Source of the DNA: Escherichia phage 4E10
Length of the DNA stretch: 64,000 nucleotides
Reading direction: 5' to 3' (one strand)
Sequence record: OQ689735.1
The notes beneath the pieces are model-generated. The model saw only the letters and a program-made list of their open reading frames with translations. It made no database searches and was not told where the DNA came from. Made by a program: the position numbers and the translations under genes. Shown here piece after piece: positions 21,723 through 30,994 of the stretch (within the stretch, counting starts at the first letter, position 1; every line of letters starts with the position of its first letter).

Positions 21723-22013
21723 TTATTTACGGAATGAAATAAAAGCAGCAACTGAAGCAACTAAACTGTCTTCAATATAAACTTCAATTTTTACCGGAGC
21801 TTCTGACTCAAATTTACCTGTTACTACACCTTGGAAAATGCTTTCAGTCTGTTCTGGCTTTGAAAAATTTTCAGAAGGAAAAATTCCAAACTTTTTATCT
21901 GTTCCAAAAATTTTGATAAATTCATCATAAACTGCTTCATTAAAAGCGTTATCAGCAGGAATAACGCCTTCAACTACAAGTTCTTGACCTAAAAAGCGTA
22001 AAGAAGATTTCAT
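21723..22013 (-). CDS. hypothetical protein downstream of alt paralogs (position of T4 alt.-3)
   Basis: 96-aa ORF with ATG and GAGGAA SD; preceded by early promoter. Confidence 0.6.
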   Translation of the reverse strand: MKSSLRFLGQELVVEGVIPADNAFNEAVYDEFIKIFGTDKKFGIFPSENFSKPEQTESIFQGVVTGKFESEAPVKIEVYIEDSLVASVAAFISFRK

Positions 22014-22044
22014 TTTGTGTTCCTCATGTTATGTCAGTAAGATT

Positions 22045-22074
22045 ATTATAACACAACACGAGGGACTTGTAAAC
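22045..22074 (-). promoter_or_regulatory. T4-type early promoter (-35 GTTTAC, 18-nt spacer, -10 TATAAT) on - strand
   Basis: minus-strand read GTTTACAAGTCCCTCGTGTTGTGTTATAAT; near-identical copy at 37840-37870. Confidence 0.55.
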
Positions 22075-24131
22075 TACATCTTGAACTTTTTAGACATTCC
22101 GTTGATGTTAACCAAAGAAGCCAAGATTTGAGAAACTTCGTTTTCCTCTTCTTTTGATTCTTCTACAAGGAATTGATTAAACCCAGCCATTGGACGAACT
22201 TCGCCAGTTTCCATTAGATGATCGCCATCATATACCGATTCTTCTAATTGTTCAGAAGGAGGAACGATTGTGCCTTCGATTAGATACTTGTTATAAGCAG
22301 TTTCTTTCATCATGTACGTGCTTACTTTATTAATCTTCAACAAAATTCCACGCGGTAGAATAACTTCAGCTTCTGATGGAAATCCCGATAAATGACCTGG
22401 AACGATAACTTTGATTCGCTCAGCCCCTTTAATTACCATACCTACGCTAGTTTCAGCATCTTCATTCGCATAAGCAGAATGACTACCCATATGCATCAAA
22501 TCTTCTGCATCAACAGAACCTTCTCCTTCGCCAGAAAATACTGCACCGGAATCATCTAGAGCCATATAGTTTTTACCATGCTCACCGAAGATATTTGGTT
22601 TAAGCGATGTGGATACGAAGTTCTTGAAATAGAACATTTTGTTTTCAATGTTATGACGCAAAGTTTTAAAGGTAACTTCTTGTCCACGATAAAGCGTAGT
22701 TCCTGGAGGAAGAACTGATCCTTTGGCGAATGCAGAATCCAGAGTCTCGATGTGCTTAATAGCTCTTTCCATGTATTCTTCACGGGTAGAATCTGGTTTA
22801 CCCAAAAGGAACGAGTTCATTTCAACATATGAATCTGCACAATAATCTTCAATTACATCAGATTCAGCCTGAGTCAGTCCTTTTGGAGTTACTTCGGTGC
22901 TTGCGTATTCATATGCCTGAGCAGCAGATTCATTAATCAATTTATAAATGCCATTCATGACAAATTGAATAATAGCTACCTTTTCGTCTGGTGTGGCTTT
23001 AGAACCTTTAACTAAATCATTGATAATTTTCTTAATAACATCAAAGCTATTAGAAATATTAATGTCAGCTAGATCGCTCAAAATTTTATCGGTTTTATAA
23101 TCAAAAAATTCTTTATTCTTTAAATATTCTTGAGAACCTTGATGTGTTATATCGCTCTGCAGTCTGATAGACGGATCACGTAAACGTGCATGGGCCAATG
23201 CAATATGATTTCGGAAGCTTTCTAGTTCATAATCGTTAGATTTAAAACGAGAAGCACTTCTCATACCACCGATAGCTCCTTTGCCGAAGTTTGAACCAAT
23301 CTGAATAACGCCAGAGTTCATTGGTCCTTCTGCTTTATATACCGGAACTTTAGATTCAAACTCTTGATATTTCTTAGCGGCGAAGCTATCACCCTGTAGC
23401 GAAGCATCGACAGTAGAATATTGAGCTTGTGCTGCTAATCGACGACTAATTTTAGTTTTCTGAATAACAGCTTGATCCGTGCGCTTATCATTTTCTAAAG
23501 CAATAGAAGCAGCAACAGCAACAGCTTTAGGAACAGCATTACCTGTTTTAACGTCTACATAAACATCACCAACCTTTGATTCAACTTTTGTGAATAACTC
23601 AGTTGAAATAGGAGGTACACCTGGAATGTCTTCTAAATTGGCATTTTTACGGTAAACCATAATATATGCATACTTTTTATCATAGTCCCAGATTTCCTTT
23701 AAAAGAACATATCGACCTGCTCCTTTAGTACGTACTAAACGGTCAGCAATAACTTGCATTTGACGAGCTGCGCCATTTGTTTTACTTTTTAGTACGCGGA
23801 ATAAGCATGCGTCGATTTTATACTGCTTCATTGTTTGAAGAGCAGTATCAAAAACCGCATTAATGACGCCAATTGGATTTCCACCCAAGTTTCTAAGTTT
23901 AACCAGCGATAATTTCTCGTTGACACCTATCATTACGATATGCATCATTTTATCGCCTGGCTTAACGTTTTTATTTGTATCACCACCAGAGGTGTATGTA
24001 CAAAATCTAAATCCAGGAAGCACACTTTCTTCGCCGGCTTGAATAGCAAAAATTTGTGGTATTTTATGCTTAGGATTTAAGTTAACAACCGGCGCCGAAG
24101 CGCCGTCAAATAATTCTGTAATAAGTTCCAT
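22074..24131 (-). CDS. Alt-like ADP-ribosyltransferase paralog (685 aa)
   Basis: N-terminal 200 aa near-identical to adjacent Alt; C-terminal ART domain with R (YRGQ), STS and ExE (EAEVILPRG) motifs. Confidence 0.85.
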   Translation of the reverse strand: MELITELFDGASAPVVNLNPKHKIPQIFAIQAGEESVLPGFRFCTYTSGGDTNKNVKPGDKMMHIVMIGVNEKLSLVKLRNLGGNPIGVINAVFDTALQTMKQYKIDACLFRVLKSKTNGAARQMQVIADRLVRTKGAGRYVLLKEIWDYDKKYAYIMVYRKNANLEDIPGVPPISTELFTKVESKVGDVYVDVKTGNAVPKAVAVAASIALENDKRTDQAVIQKTKISRRLAAQAQYSTVDASLQGDSFAAKKYQEFESKVPVYKAEGPMNSGVIQIGSNFGKGAIGGMRSASRFKSNDYELESFRNHIALAHARLRDPSIRLQSDITHQGSQEYLKNKEFFDYKTDKILSDLADINISNSFDVIKKIINDLVKGSKATPDEKVAIIQFVMNGIYKLINESAAQAYEYASTEVTPKGLTQAESDVIEDYCADSYVEMNSFLLGKPDSTREEYMERAIKHIETLDSAFAKGSVLPPGTTLYRGQEVTFKTLRHNIENKMFYFKNFVSTSLKPNIFGEHGKNYMALDDSGAVFSGEGEGSVDAEDLMHMGSHSAYANEDAETSVGMVIKGAERIKVIVPGHLSGFPSEAEVILPRGILLKINKVSTYMMKETAYNKYLIEGTIVPPSEQLEESVYDGDHLMETGEVRPMAGFNQFLVEESKEEENEVSQILASLVNINGMSKKFKM

Positions 24132-24134
24132 GAT

Positions 24135-26225
24135 TTATCCTTGAACGAACTTGTAAGGCATGTTTGTAATATCTATGCAAGACGCAATAATTCCAAGAGA
24201 TGATTCGACTTTCTGTTTAACATTTGATGAAACAAATGACGCAAAATCAACTCTGTCTTCTATATCACCTGTCATTGTAACCAATTCACCAGTTTCCATT
24301 AAATGGTCTCCGTCATAGATTACCGATTCGGTGAGTTCTTCTGTGGTCATAACTTCAGCTTGAATGAGTTTTGTATTATTAGATGTTGTTCCGTCATTAT
24401 TAGAAGCATCAGTTATTTTATTAACTTTGACCATCAATCCACGCGGTAGAATAACTTCAGCTTCTGTTGCTATTCCGAGACTTCCTGGATATACAACATT
24501 AACTTTATGAGCTCCATCAATTGCCCATCCTATTTGAACTTTAACGTATTCAGGATTTTCTTTATACGCTCTTATTTCGTTTGGATTAATAGTTATTCCT
24601 TCTTCATTTTTATCAACTGTTAATTCATTACGAGCTTCTGGTTCTAAAAGACCAATACCAGCATGTGTGATTCCAAAACGTCCAAAAATGATAGGAGTTA
24701 AAGAAGTAGATACAAAATTTCTGAAGTAGAACACTTTATTTTTAACTAACGCTTCATATATAGGAGCAGTCATACTTTGAGCACGATAAACTGTAATGCC
24801 TTCTGGTATACGGTCACCATTTTCAAAAGCTGAATCTAAGTTATTTATAGCAGATTCAATTTCTTTTTCACTCATTACATCATATCGTTCTGGATTGTAG
24901 CGGCCTAAAAGAAGATTATTGATGTCAGTATATCCTGAACCGCAATATTCTCTAATGCCACGCTTTTGCGATGGAGTATATTTAGAACCATCACGGGCAA
25001 TAGTAATATCAATCATTGGACCTGCACCAATTCCGGAAAAGCTATAAATCATTCGTTTGAGGAATTTAGTTTTTGCTGCGTTCCAAGAATTTTTAGTTAT
25101 TTCTTCCCAGACTTCATCTGGCTGCCCTTTACGAGTTTTATTATGTTTATCAAGCCAATTATCTTTATATTCTTCAAAGAATTGATTAACAGCTGCTGCG
25201 TATTTCTCTAAACATTTTATTGAAGTAGTTGGTTCATTTTTAATCGCATTAAGAATTACATCTTTAATTTTTTCAGAAACTTCATTAACCTCACTTTTTG
25301 AAAAGAATTTATAGTCATAGTGAAGTTCATCTGCGGTTCCTTCGGCAATGATTTTTGCTGCCTTAGTTTTAGAAGCTAATGAATTAATTCCAAGCTTCAT
25401 TTCTTCTGCTTCGGGAATTAAAGGAGCGGTAGCAGGTTTATTGAAATTAGCTGCGGTAGATTCATACTTCTGGAATAATTCACTTTCAAATCTAGAAGAT
25501 TCCAACGACTGACTTTGCGCAATTGCTCTACGTGAAATTTTAACTTTAACGATTACCGCTTGGTCAGAACGTTTATCATTTTCTTGCGCAATAGATGCTG
25601 CAATTGCCTCATTTTTAGTTACTTGGGCTCCAGTATCTTTATTGATATAAACATCACCGACCTTCGATTCAACTTTAGTAAAGAGCTCGGTACTAATTTC
25701 CGGAACTCCTGGAATGTCTTCTAGTGATACATTTTTGCGATGTATAAGAATATATGCATACTTTTTATCATAATCCCAGAGTTCCTTGAGAAGGACGTAT
25801 CTGCCACCTGAACGACTACGGATAAGTCTATCAGCAATAACTTGAATTTGTCGAGCTTGTCCAGCAGTTTTAGACTTAAGAATACGAAGCATACAAGCAT
25901 CAATTTTATATTGACGCATTGTTTGCATTGCAACAGTAAAAACTGAATTGATATAATTAATTGGGCTTGGACCAAGACCTTTTAATTTAGCAATTGAACC
26001 TTTAGCAGTTAATGTAAAAGGAACAATGTGCATCATTTTGTCGCCCATTTTTAAATCGCGATTAGTATCACCTCCAGATGTATATGTACATAAACGAAAG
26101 CCTGGTTGTTCAATTGCATCATCAACATGAACTGAAAAAATTTGTGGTATTTTCTTCTTTGGATTTAAGTTTGTAATCGGAAGAGTAGTATCTTCGTCAA
26201 ATAATTCTGTAATAAGTTCCATCAT
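24135..26225 (-). CDS. alt: Alt ADP-ribosyltransferase (packaged, modifies host RNA polymerase)
   Basis: 696-aa ORF; R (YRAQ), STS, ExE (EAEVILPRG) ART motifs; position next to ligase gene as in T4. Confidence 0.85.
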   Translation of the reverse strand: MMELITELFDEDTTLPITNLNPKKKIPQIFSVHVDDAIEQPGFRLCTYTSGGDTNRDLKMGDKMMHIVPFTLTAKGSIAKLKGLGPSPINYINSVFTVAMQTMRQYKIDACMLRILKSKTAGQARQIQVIADRLIRSRSGGRYVLLKELWDYDKKYAYILIHRKNVSLEDIPGVPEISTELFTKVESKVGDVYINKDTGAQVTKNEAIAASIAQENDKRSDQAVIVKVKISRRAIAQSQSLESSRFESELFQKYESTAANFNKPATAPLIPEAEEMKLGINSLASKTKAAKIIAEGTADELHYDYKFFSKSEVNEVSEKIKDVILNAIKNEPTTSIKCLEKYAAAVNQFFEEYKDNWLDKHNKTRKGQPDEVWEEITKNSWNAAKTKFLKRMIYSFSGIGAGPMIDITIARDGSKYTPSQKRGIREYCGSGYTDINNLLLGRYNPERYDVMSEKEIESAINNLDSAFENGDRIPEGITVYRAQSMTAPIYEALVKNKVFYFRNFVSTSLTPIIFGRFGITHAGIGLLEPEARNELTVDKNEEGITINPNEIRAYKENPEYVKVQIGWAIDGAHKVNVVYPGSLGIATEAEVILPRGLMVKVNKITDASNNDGTTSNNTKLIQAEVMTTEELTESVIYDGDHLMETGELVTMTGDIEDRVDFASFVSSNVKQKVESSLGIIASCIDITNMPYKFVQG

Positions 26226-26245
26226 AGCCTCTCTAGTGTTTATTC

Positions 26246-26253
26246 TATTTATA
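26246..26253 (-). promoter_or_regulatory. late promoter motif TATAAATA (- strand) upstream of alt
   Basis: tatttata on + strand, 20 nt upstream of alt ATG. Confidence 0.45.
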
Positions 26254-26258
26254 AAATT

Positions 26259-26276
26259 AAAGGCCCGAAGGCCTTT
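26259..26276 (-). terminator. hairpin AAAGGCC-CGAA-GGCCUUU between upstream small ORF and alt
   Basis: Inverted repeat aaaggcc...ggccttt seen directly. Confidence 0.5.
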
Positions 26277-26463
26277 AGTAATCTAGTGGTAAGAGAGTAC
26301 GATATATTTCAAACTTTGGTCCTTTTTCATAGGCATCAAATGTTTCTGTAAATTTATTGTAAGCATATGCATCTACAAATTCGAGAATGACTTGTGATAC
26401 AGAAGTAGAAACATCTCCACCTTCTTTTTGAGCAATGACAATTGTTTCTAAGTAAGCTTTCAT
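26275..26463 (-). CDS. hypothetical small acidic protein
   Basis: 62-aa ORF, ATG start overlapping ligase stop (ATGA-type coupling). Confidence 0.55.
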   Translation of the reverse strand: MKAYLETIVIAQKEGGDVSTSVSQVILEFVDAYAYNKFTETFDAYEKGPKFEIYRTLLPLDY

Positions 26464-27923
26464 AAACCAGTTACCTCATGAAAATCGCCAAATACATCCT
26501 CGAATGTATTAGCTTTAGTTTTATCTTCACGTAAACGAATCGCAATCGGAAGAAATAATTTAACGTAATCAGTGCGGCCATCAGATTTTAACCAACCGTT
26601 GCATTCGCACTCTAGAATTTTTCCAATATAATAATTTTGGTTTTCCATAATGCGAGTACGGTCAAGTTCATGCGATTTTACACCAGCTTTATCTTTTAAG
26701 CCTGAACCAGCATTTACTTTAATTTTTCCACACTCTGACTCAAGAATAAATCCACCCGCTTTAGTAGGGTCTTTACGGTGAGGATAAATTCCTACAATTT
26801 TTAAATCAACATCAATTATTTCTTTAAATTTATAAAGATTTTTTGAACGAGCATTTTCCCATAATCCATCGATATTTTTGAGAATAATACCTTCAAGACC
26901 TTGGTCAATATACTTTTTATAAATTACCTTAGCTTCATCTAGGTTATTTACTACCTGGTTTTCAATTAAAATTACTTTATCATAACCTGATGTCATTTGT
27001 TCTAGTTTAGAAAAACGTACATCATATTTCAAACGAAATGCAGGAAGACCGTATATTTCTACCAACGGGACATAATCCCAGACCTGAAACTTCATGCATT
27101 GAGCTTCTTTTTCAGAAATGGTTCCCTTTAAAGATTTATTAGCGATTCCATTAGAAGTAGTACGTGATTCAGCTACTTCGGCGAATTCTTTAGCTTTACT
27201 AATTTCAGGATAAGCATCAAAAAGAAAATCTAGGCCTTCTGGTTCCTTTTCAACTTGCTCATGGTATACCAATTCGCCATCAATTAACACACCTTCTGGA
27301 TGAATCTGGCGAGCTTCTGCAGTCATTTTGATTAACTCTTCCTTGAGAAGATCTAATCCTAGATATTCATTACCAGCTCGTGATAAAAGACGAACATCAT
27401 CTAATTCATCACCTCTGACTTCAGCAAAGCACCGAGCTCCATCAGCTTTTAATTGGGCAAAGGCTGGAAATTTGATATTCTTATTAATGCCTTTTTCATC
27501 ATAAGAACTTGCCAGCATTTGAGGTTGTTCAGGAATTAAACCTGGCCAAACTTTGTTTGCAATAGATACTGATGCACCACATTCAAGGTCTCGCATCATC
27601 ACCCGACGCAAAACTTCAACATCATCTTTTTTACCGTCAGCAATATATCCAGTTAATTCCTCAATTGCCGCATTTCCGGTCAATTTCCGAGTAGCTAACG
27701 TGAATTCAATGAAGTCAAGCATATCGGTAAGAGTCAACATTCCAAAACTCTGGGTAGCAATACCAGGTTTAGGCCATTTCTTGATATAATACTGTAACCC
27801 ACGAGAATAAGTCAGACGATATACTCGTTTAAGTAATTCATTATCTTTATTCTTTTCAAGAATTGCTTGCTTCTGCTTAGTTGAACCAATAGATGCTATT
27901 TCGTTCAGAATTTTAAGAATCAT
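26460..27923 (-). CDS. 30: ATP-dependent DNA ligase gp30
   Basis: 487-aa ORF; sequence MILKILNEIASIGSTKQKQAILEKNKDNELLKRVYRLTYSRGLQYYIKK... matches T4 DNA ligase from memory; KADG adenylation motif. Confidence 0.97.
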   Translation of the reverse strand: MILKILNEIASIGSTKQKQAILEKNKDNELLKRVYRLTYSRGLQYYIKKWPKPGIATQSFGMLTLTDMLDFIEFTLATRKLTGNAAIEELTGYIADGKKDDVEVLRRVMMRDLECGASVSIANKVWPGLIPEQPQMLASSYDEKGINKNIKFPAFAQLKADGARCFAEVRGDELDDVRLLSRAGNEYLGLDLLKEELIKMTAEARQIHPEGVLIDGELVYHEQVEKEPEGLDFLFDAYPEISKAKEFAEVAESRTTSNGIANKSLKGTISEKEAQCMKFQVWDYVPLVEIYGLPAFRLKYDVRFSKLEQMTSGYDKVILIENQVVNNLDEAKVIYKKYIDQGLEGIILKNIDGLWENARSKNLYKFKEIIDVDLKIVGIYPHRKDPTKAGGFILESECGKIKVNAGSGLKDKAGVKSHELDRTRIMENQNYYIGKILECECNGWLKSDGRTDYVKLFLPIAIRLREDKTKANTFEDVFGDFHEVTGL

Positions 27924-28189
27924 TGTTCATCCTTTAGAGTTTGGTTTACAGCTCTATTATAAATCAATTCATCATTAAGCTCAGTCAAAGACCTGTGGTA
28001 CGTGGTTCTAACTTTATTTCCTTGCATCCAGTGCTTGACGTAAATGAAACCTTGCTCTACACATTTTTTAAAAATTCGTTCGTCTTTTTGAGCTCGAAAT
28101 TCTGGATTGCATCTAAAAAATTGATTTACGTGACCGTAATCACGTGTAGTATTACCTTCATTTTCATAAATAGTGTGAACGACAAACAT
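27920..28189 (-). CDS. hypothetical protein (position of T4 30.1)
   Basis: 89-aa ORF, ATG start, stop overlaps ligase start. Confidence 0.6.
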   Translation of the reverse strand: MFVVHTIYENEGNTTRDYGHVNQFFRCNPEFRAQKDERIFKKCVEQGFIYVKHWMQGNKVRTTYHRSLTELNDELIYNRAVNQTLKDEQ

Positions 28190-29025
28190 TAGAATGCTCC
28201 TTGGAAAATATTATCACCACCAGTAGGTCTATTATACAAATACTCTATGCCACCAGGTTTAATATAGTTCCATGTCTGAAACGGATGTGTCTGATATGGA
28301 TGATATAGATTATAAGGATTAAATCCAGGAGTTCTCCAGGTAGTGTTCCAAGGAAAAGAATCATTTTTAATCATCTTTTCAATTACATCTTTTATAGCTT
28401 TTTCACTATCAAAACTTTCTTTATTTTCCTTCGATGGAAAAAGCTTATTCTCTACATCATTCCATGTATAAACTCGCTGCGCAGTTTTTGGAATACTGTC
28501 ACGCTCCCCTCGAGCCATCCAATAAACAGGAACATTTAATATTTCACTCGCGTGATCGCAGTGGTGAGCGAGATCGTCAATATAACAAATTACGTTATAT
28601 TTCTCTTTTGCCTTTTTGAACAACTCTTCTTTTGAAGAATCATGACCACACATCAATACTTCTGAGAAGGCACCAGGAAAAAGAGCATTCAAATTAAATT
28701 GACGATTTAGCAGAGCGTCAATAGAATCACCCAATGCTGTAACAGCTACAAAATTATAATCTTCTTTTAATTTGTTAATTACACACAGGGCATCTTTATA
28801 CGGAGACAAGTAACGAATAAAATCTGAACGATTGTATTTTTCAATTAACTTGACACCAAGTTCTTCATCGCAATTAAAGAGCTTACCAGGAGAAATAAAT
28901 TTTTCGTCCTGAATCATTTTTAAAATATGTTCCAACGGAAGATTATATTTTTGGGCAAAATAAGGAAGACCTGATTGCCAGCTTAAACATACACCATCAA
29001 TATCAGTTAAAATAGTAGGCTTCAT
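28189..29025 (-). CDS. HAD-superfamily hydrolase-like protein with C-terminal extension (position of T4 30.2)
   Basis: 278-aa ORF; N-terminal DIDGV (HAD motif I) and downstream ICYIDD acidic motif; about 100-aa unique C-terminus. Confidence 0.65.
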   Translation of the reverse strand: MKPTILTDIDGVCLSWQSGLPYFAQKYNLPLEHILKMIQDEKFISPGKLFNCDEELGVKLIEKYNRSDFIRYLSPYKDALCVINKLKEDYNFVAVTALGDSIDALLNRQFNLNALFPGAFSEVLMCGHDSSKEELFKKAKEKYNVICYIDDLAHHCDHASEILNVPVYWMARGERDSIPKTAQRVYTWNDVENKLFPSKENKESFDSEKAIKDVIEKMIKNDSFPWNTTWRTPGFNPYNLYHPYQTHPFQTWNYIKPGGIEYLYNRPTGGDNIFQGAF

Positions 29026-29480
29026 AGAGAGTCTCTTAATAGGTTTAACACATCAATAAATTCAGCTTCAGTTAGTATTGTATCATCTTTTGTTAGACCA
29101 CTAGCCATGCTGTGCTTCAAAACTTTTCCTTTCGAGGCTTGTAATGCATCACGAAAGCCCTTGTTTTGGATCGCTGCCTCAAAATACGCATTTGTGTATA
29201 ATTCTTTCCAGGCTGGGGAGTATCTTGAAAACGGAACTCCAAGCCAGAAGAGGGTCCCACGGTCCTGAGCTCTAGCATAAGACCTTCCAGCTTGTTGGGC
29301 GGCAAGCCCGGATAACCCAAATATACGTCTTTGCTGTTCAACATTTTTCACCTTACATCCTTGGAGGAATCCTTCGAGACCTCCAAATTGAATGCCATCC
29401 ATAACGAAAGGCCAATAGGCGAAATTACTTAATGCACATGATGGCCACCTAAAATTACTTCTAATCTCTAACTCAGACAT
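29022..29480 (-). CDS. NADAR (YbiA-like) domain protein (position of T4 30.3)
   Basis: 152-aa product from ATG at 29480 (track begins at TTG 29486); segment SNFAYWPFVMDGIQFGGLEGFLQGCK resembles E. coli YbiA SNFAAWPIKVDGKTWPTSEHYFQAQK from memory. Confidence 0.65.
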   Translation of the reverse strand: MSELEIRSNFRWPSCALSNFAYWPFVMDGIQFGGLEGFLQGCKVKNVEQQRRIFGLSGLAAQQAGRSYARAQDRGTLFWLGVPFSRYSPAWKELYTNAYFEAAIQNKGFRDALQASKGKVLKHSMASGLTKDDTILTEAEFIDVLNLLRDSL

Positions 29481-29679
29481 TTTCAATGCTTATAATTTCA
29501 ACATCAGCCCAATGACCATAGTTTGGTAGACGAAATTCAACTGGCCAGTCACTGCCTTTTTCTAATATAATAGACTCAACTTGCGGTTCTTCATGTTCAT
29601 CAGTATATGGATTTTTATCTGTTACTTTATATGTGACCTTAATGTACTGAATTCCAAAAATCTTATTAATTATATTCAT
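29473..29679 (-). CDS. hypothetical protein
   Basis: 68-aa ORF with ATG start, operon-packed. Confidence 0.5.
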   Translation of the reverse strand: MNIINKIFGIQYIKVTYKVTDKNPYTDEHEEPQVESIILEKGSDWPVEFRLPNYGHWADVEIISIENV

Positions 29680-29873
29680 ACTAATTCCTTTAATCCGTAA
29701 ATAGGAGATAATTCATCACCCATACGAAGGTCTTCATTTCCATCTACCCAGGAAACAATATAAGCCTCTTTTATTTGAACACCACTCCATTTAAATGGAG
29801 GTAGAACCTTAGAAATTAATCCAGGTATACCAACTTCCTTTAATTCAACAGTTTGACCTAAAAAGAATTTCAT
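29676..29873 (-). CDS. hypothetical protein
   Basis: 65-aa ORF with ATG start overlapping neighbours by 4 nt. Confidence 0.5.
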   Translation of the reverse strand: MKFFLGQTVELKEVGIPGLISKVLPPFKWSGVQIKEAYIVSWVDGNEDLRMGDELSPIYGLKELV

Positions 29874-30160
29874 CAGAACCTCATCTGAAAGCCGTGTGAT
29901 TTAACATTACCGCCGCCAATATCAGAAATATTAATTTCACACGCAATTGAAGGGTCAATGTCAATTTCACGATTAAGTTTAGCGATAGCTAAAGTATCAC
30001 GCCCATTTACTGTACGGAATTCTAAAGGACAAACCACATCAACATAATTTTTAATCGATTCACTGGTAGGTTGCAAATGAGCAGGAAGGTCTTTAGGCGC
30101 CTTAGAGAAAACAACTTCACAGAAATTTTTGCGGGTATCAAAATAAGTAGTCATAAACAT
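29873..30160 (-). CDS. hypothetical protein
   Basis: 95-aa product from ATG at 30160 with GAGGAAAA SD (track begins further upstream at non-ATG). Confidence 0.55.
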   Translation of the reverse strand: MFMTTYFDTRKNFCEVVFSKAPKDLPAHLQPTSESIKNYVDVVCPLEFRTVNGRDTLAIAKLNREIDIDPSIACEINISDIGGGNVKSHGFQMRF

Positions 30161-30177
30161 AGTATTTTCCTCAGTAA

Positions 30178-30191
30178 GGGGCCGAAGCCCC
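30178..30191 (-). other. intercistronic hairpin GGGGC-UUCG-GCCCC
   Basis: ggggccgaagcccc between stop of upstream ORF and SD of next ORF; no U-run. Confidence 0.45.
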
Positions 30192-30200
30192 TGTTTTATT

Positions 30201-30566
30201 TTAAATATCAAATTCGTTAAGAACTACATCAAAGATTGCTTCAAGATGCTCAGGTTTAGCTCTGTTACTCAAAATATGACGAATCCAAGTTTTAACCAGA
30301 AGCTTACGATTAGCGCCATTCCAGCAAGGATGGGTCCCTAAATCGCGTTGACGAAAATCATCATCCAGAGCGATTTTAAAGTTGGAACCTTCCATTGTGA
30401 TTGAAACCGTGATGCCATTTTCAAATCGCATATAAACGTAATTAGGAGTCATATACTGTTCAATTTCGCATACTGATCCATTTTGATGTTTCCAAAGGCA
30501 AATAGTATCAATAGAACCTGCAATACCATTAGAAACATATTTACGTTCAAAGTTGATGTAGTTCAT
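30201..30566 (-). CDS. hypothetical protein
   Basis: 121-aa ORF with ATG start; early promoter upstream. Confidence 0.55.
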   Translation of the reverse strand: MNYINFERKYVSNGIAGSIDTICLWKHQNGSVCEIEQYMTPNYVYMRFENGITVSITMEGSNFKIALDDDFRQRDLGTHPCWNGANRKLLVKTWIRHILSNRAKPEHLEAIFDVVLNEFDI

Positions 30567-30603
30567 TTTTATTCTCCGAGATGTTTAATTGCGGTACAGG
30601 TAT

Positions 30604-30632
30604 ATAATATCATATCCTGTACCAAAGTAAAC
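30604..30632 (-). promoter_or_regulatory. T4-type early promoter (GTTTAC-N17-TATTAT) on - strand
   Basis: minus-strand read GTTTACTTTGGTACAGGATATGATATTAT; overlaps inverted repeat ggtacagg/cctgtacc. Confidence 0.5.
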
Positions 30633-30634
30633 AA

Positions 30635-30967
30635 TTATTTTACTACTTTCCAGTGCTTCATGTCAAGTTTACCAACTTTTTTCATCTTCTCAATCAAACG
30701 TTCGGCACGTTGGCGAGCTGTAACATAATACCATTCGCCTAATTCATTTTGTTCAATTTTTCCAACGATTACTGTATTCAATTCATAAATCCAACCAGTA
30801 AAGAAATTATGAACTTGAATTGTAAAGGTGAAATCTGTTCCCATACCTTCTGTTGTTTCTACTTCAATAATATCACCTTCAACTGCCATTAAGAACCACA
30901 TAGTTTCATCATATTTACCATTGAAGCATTTAGTTTTAACTGCAGCGTTCAGATTAATCGTTTTCAT
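30635..30967 (-). CDS. hypothetical protein
   Basis: 110-aa ORF with ATG start. Confidence 0.55.
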   Translation of the reverse strand: MKTINLNAAVKTKCFNGKYDETMWFLMAVEGDIIEVETTEGMGTDFTFTIQVHNFFTGWIYELNTVIVGKIEQNELGEWYYVTARQRAERLIEKMKKVGKLDMKHWKVVK

Positions 30968-30994
30968 TTTATTCTCCTTTGTTTGTGTAAGATA

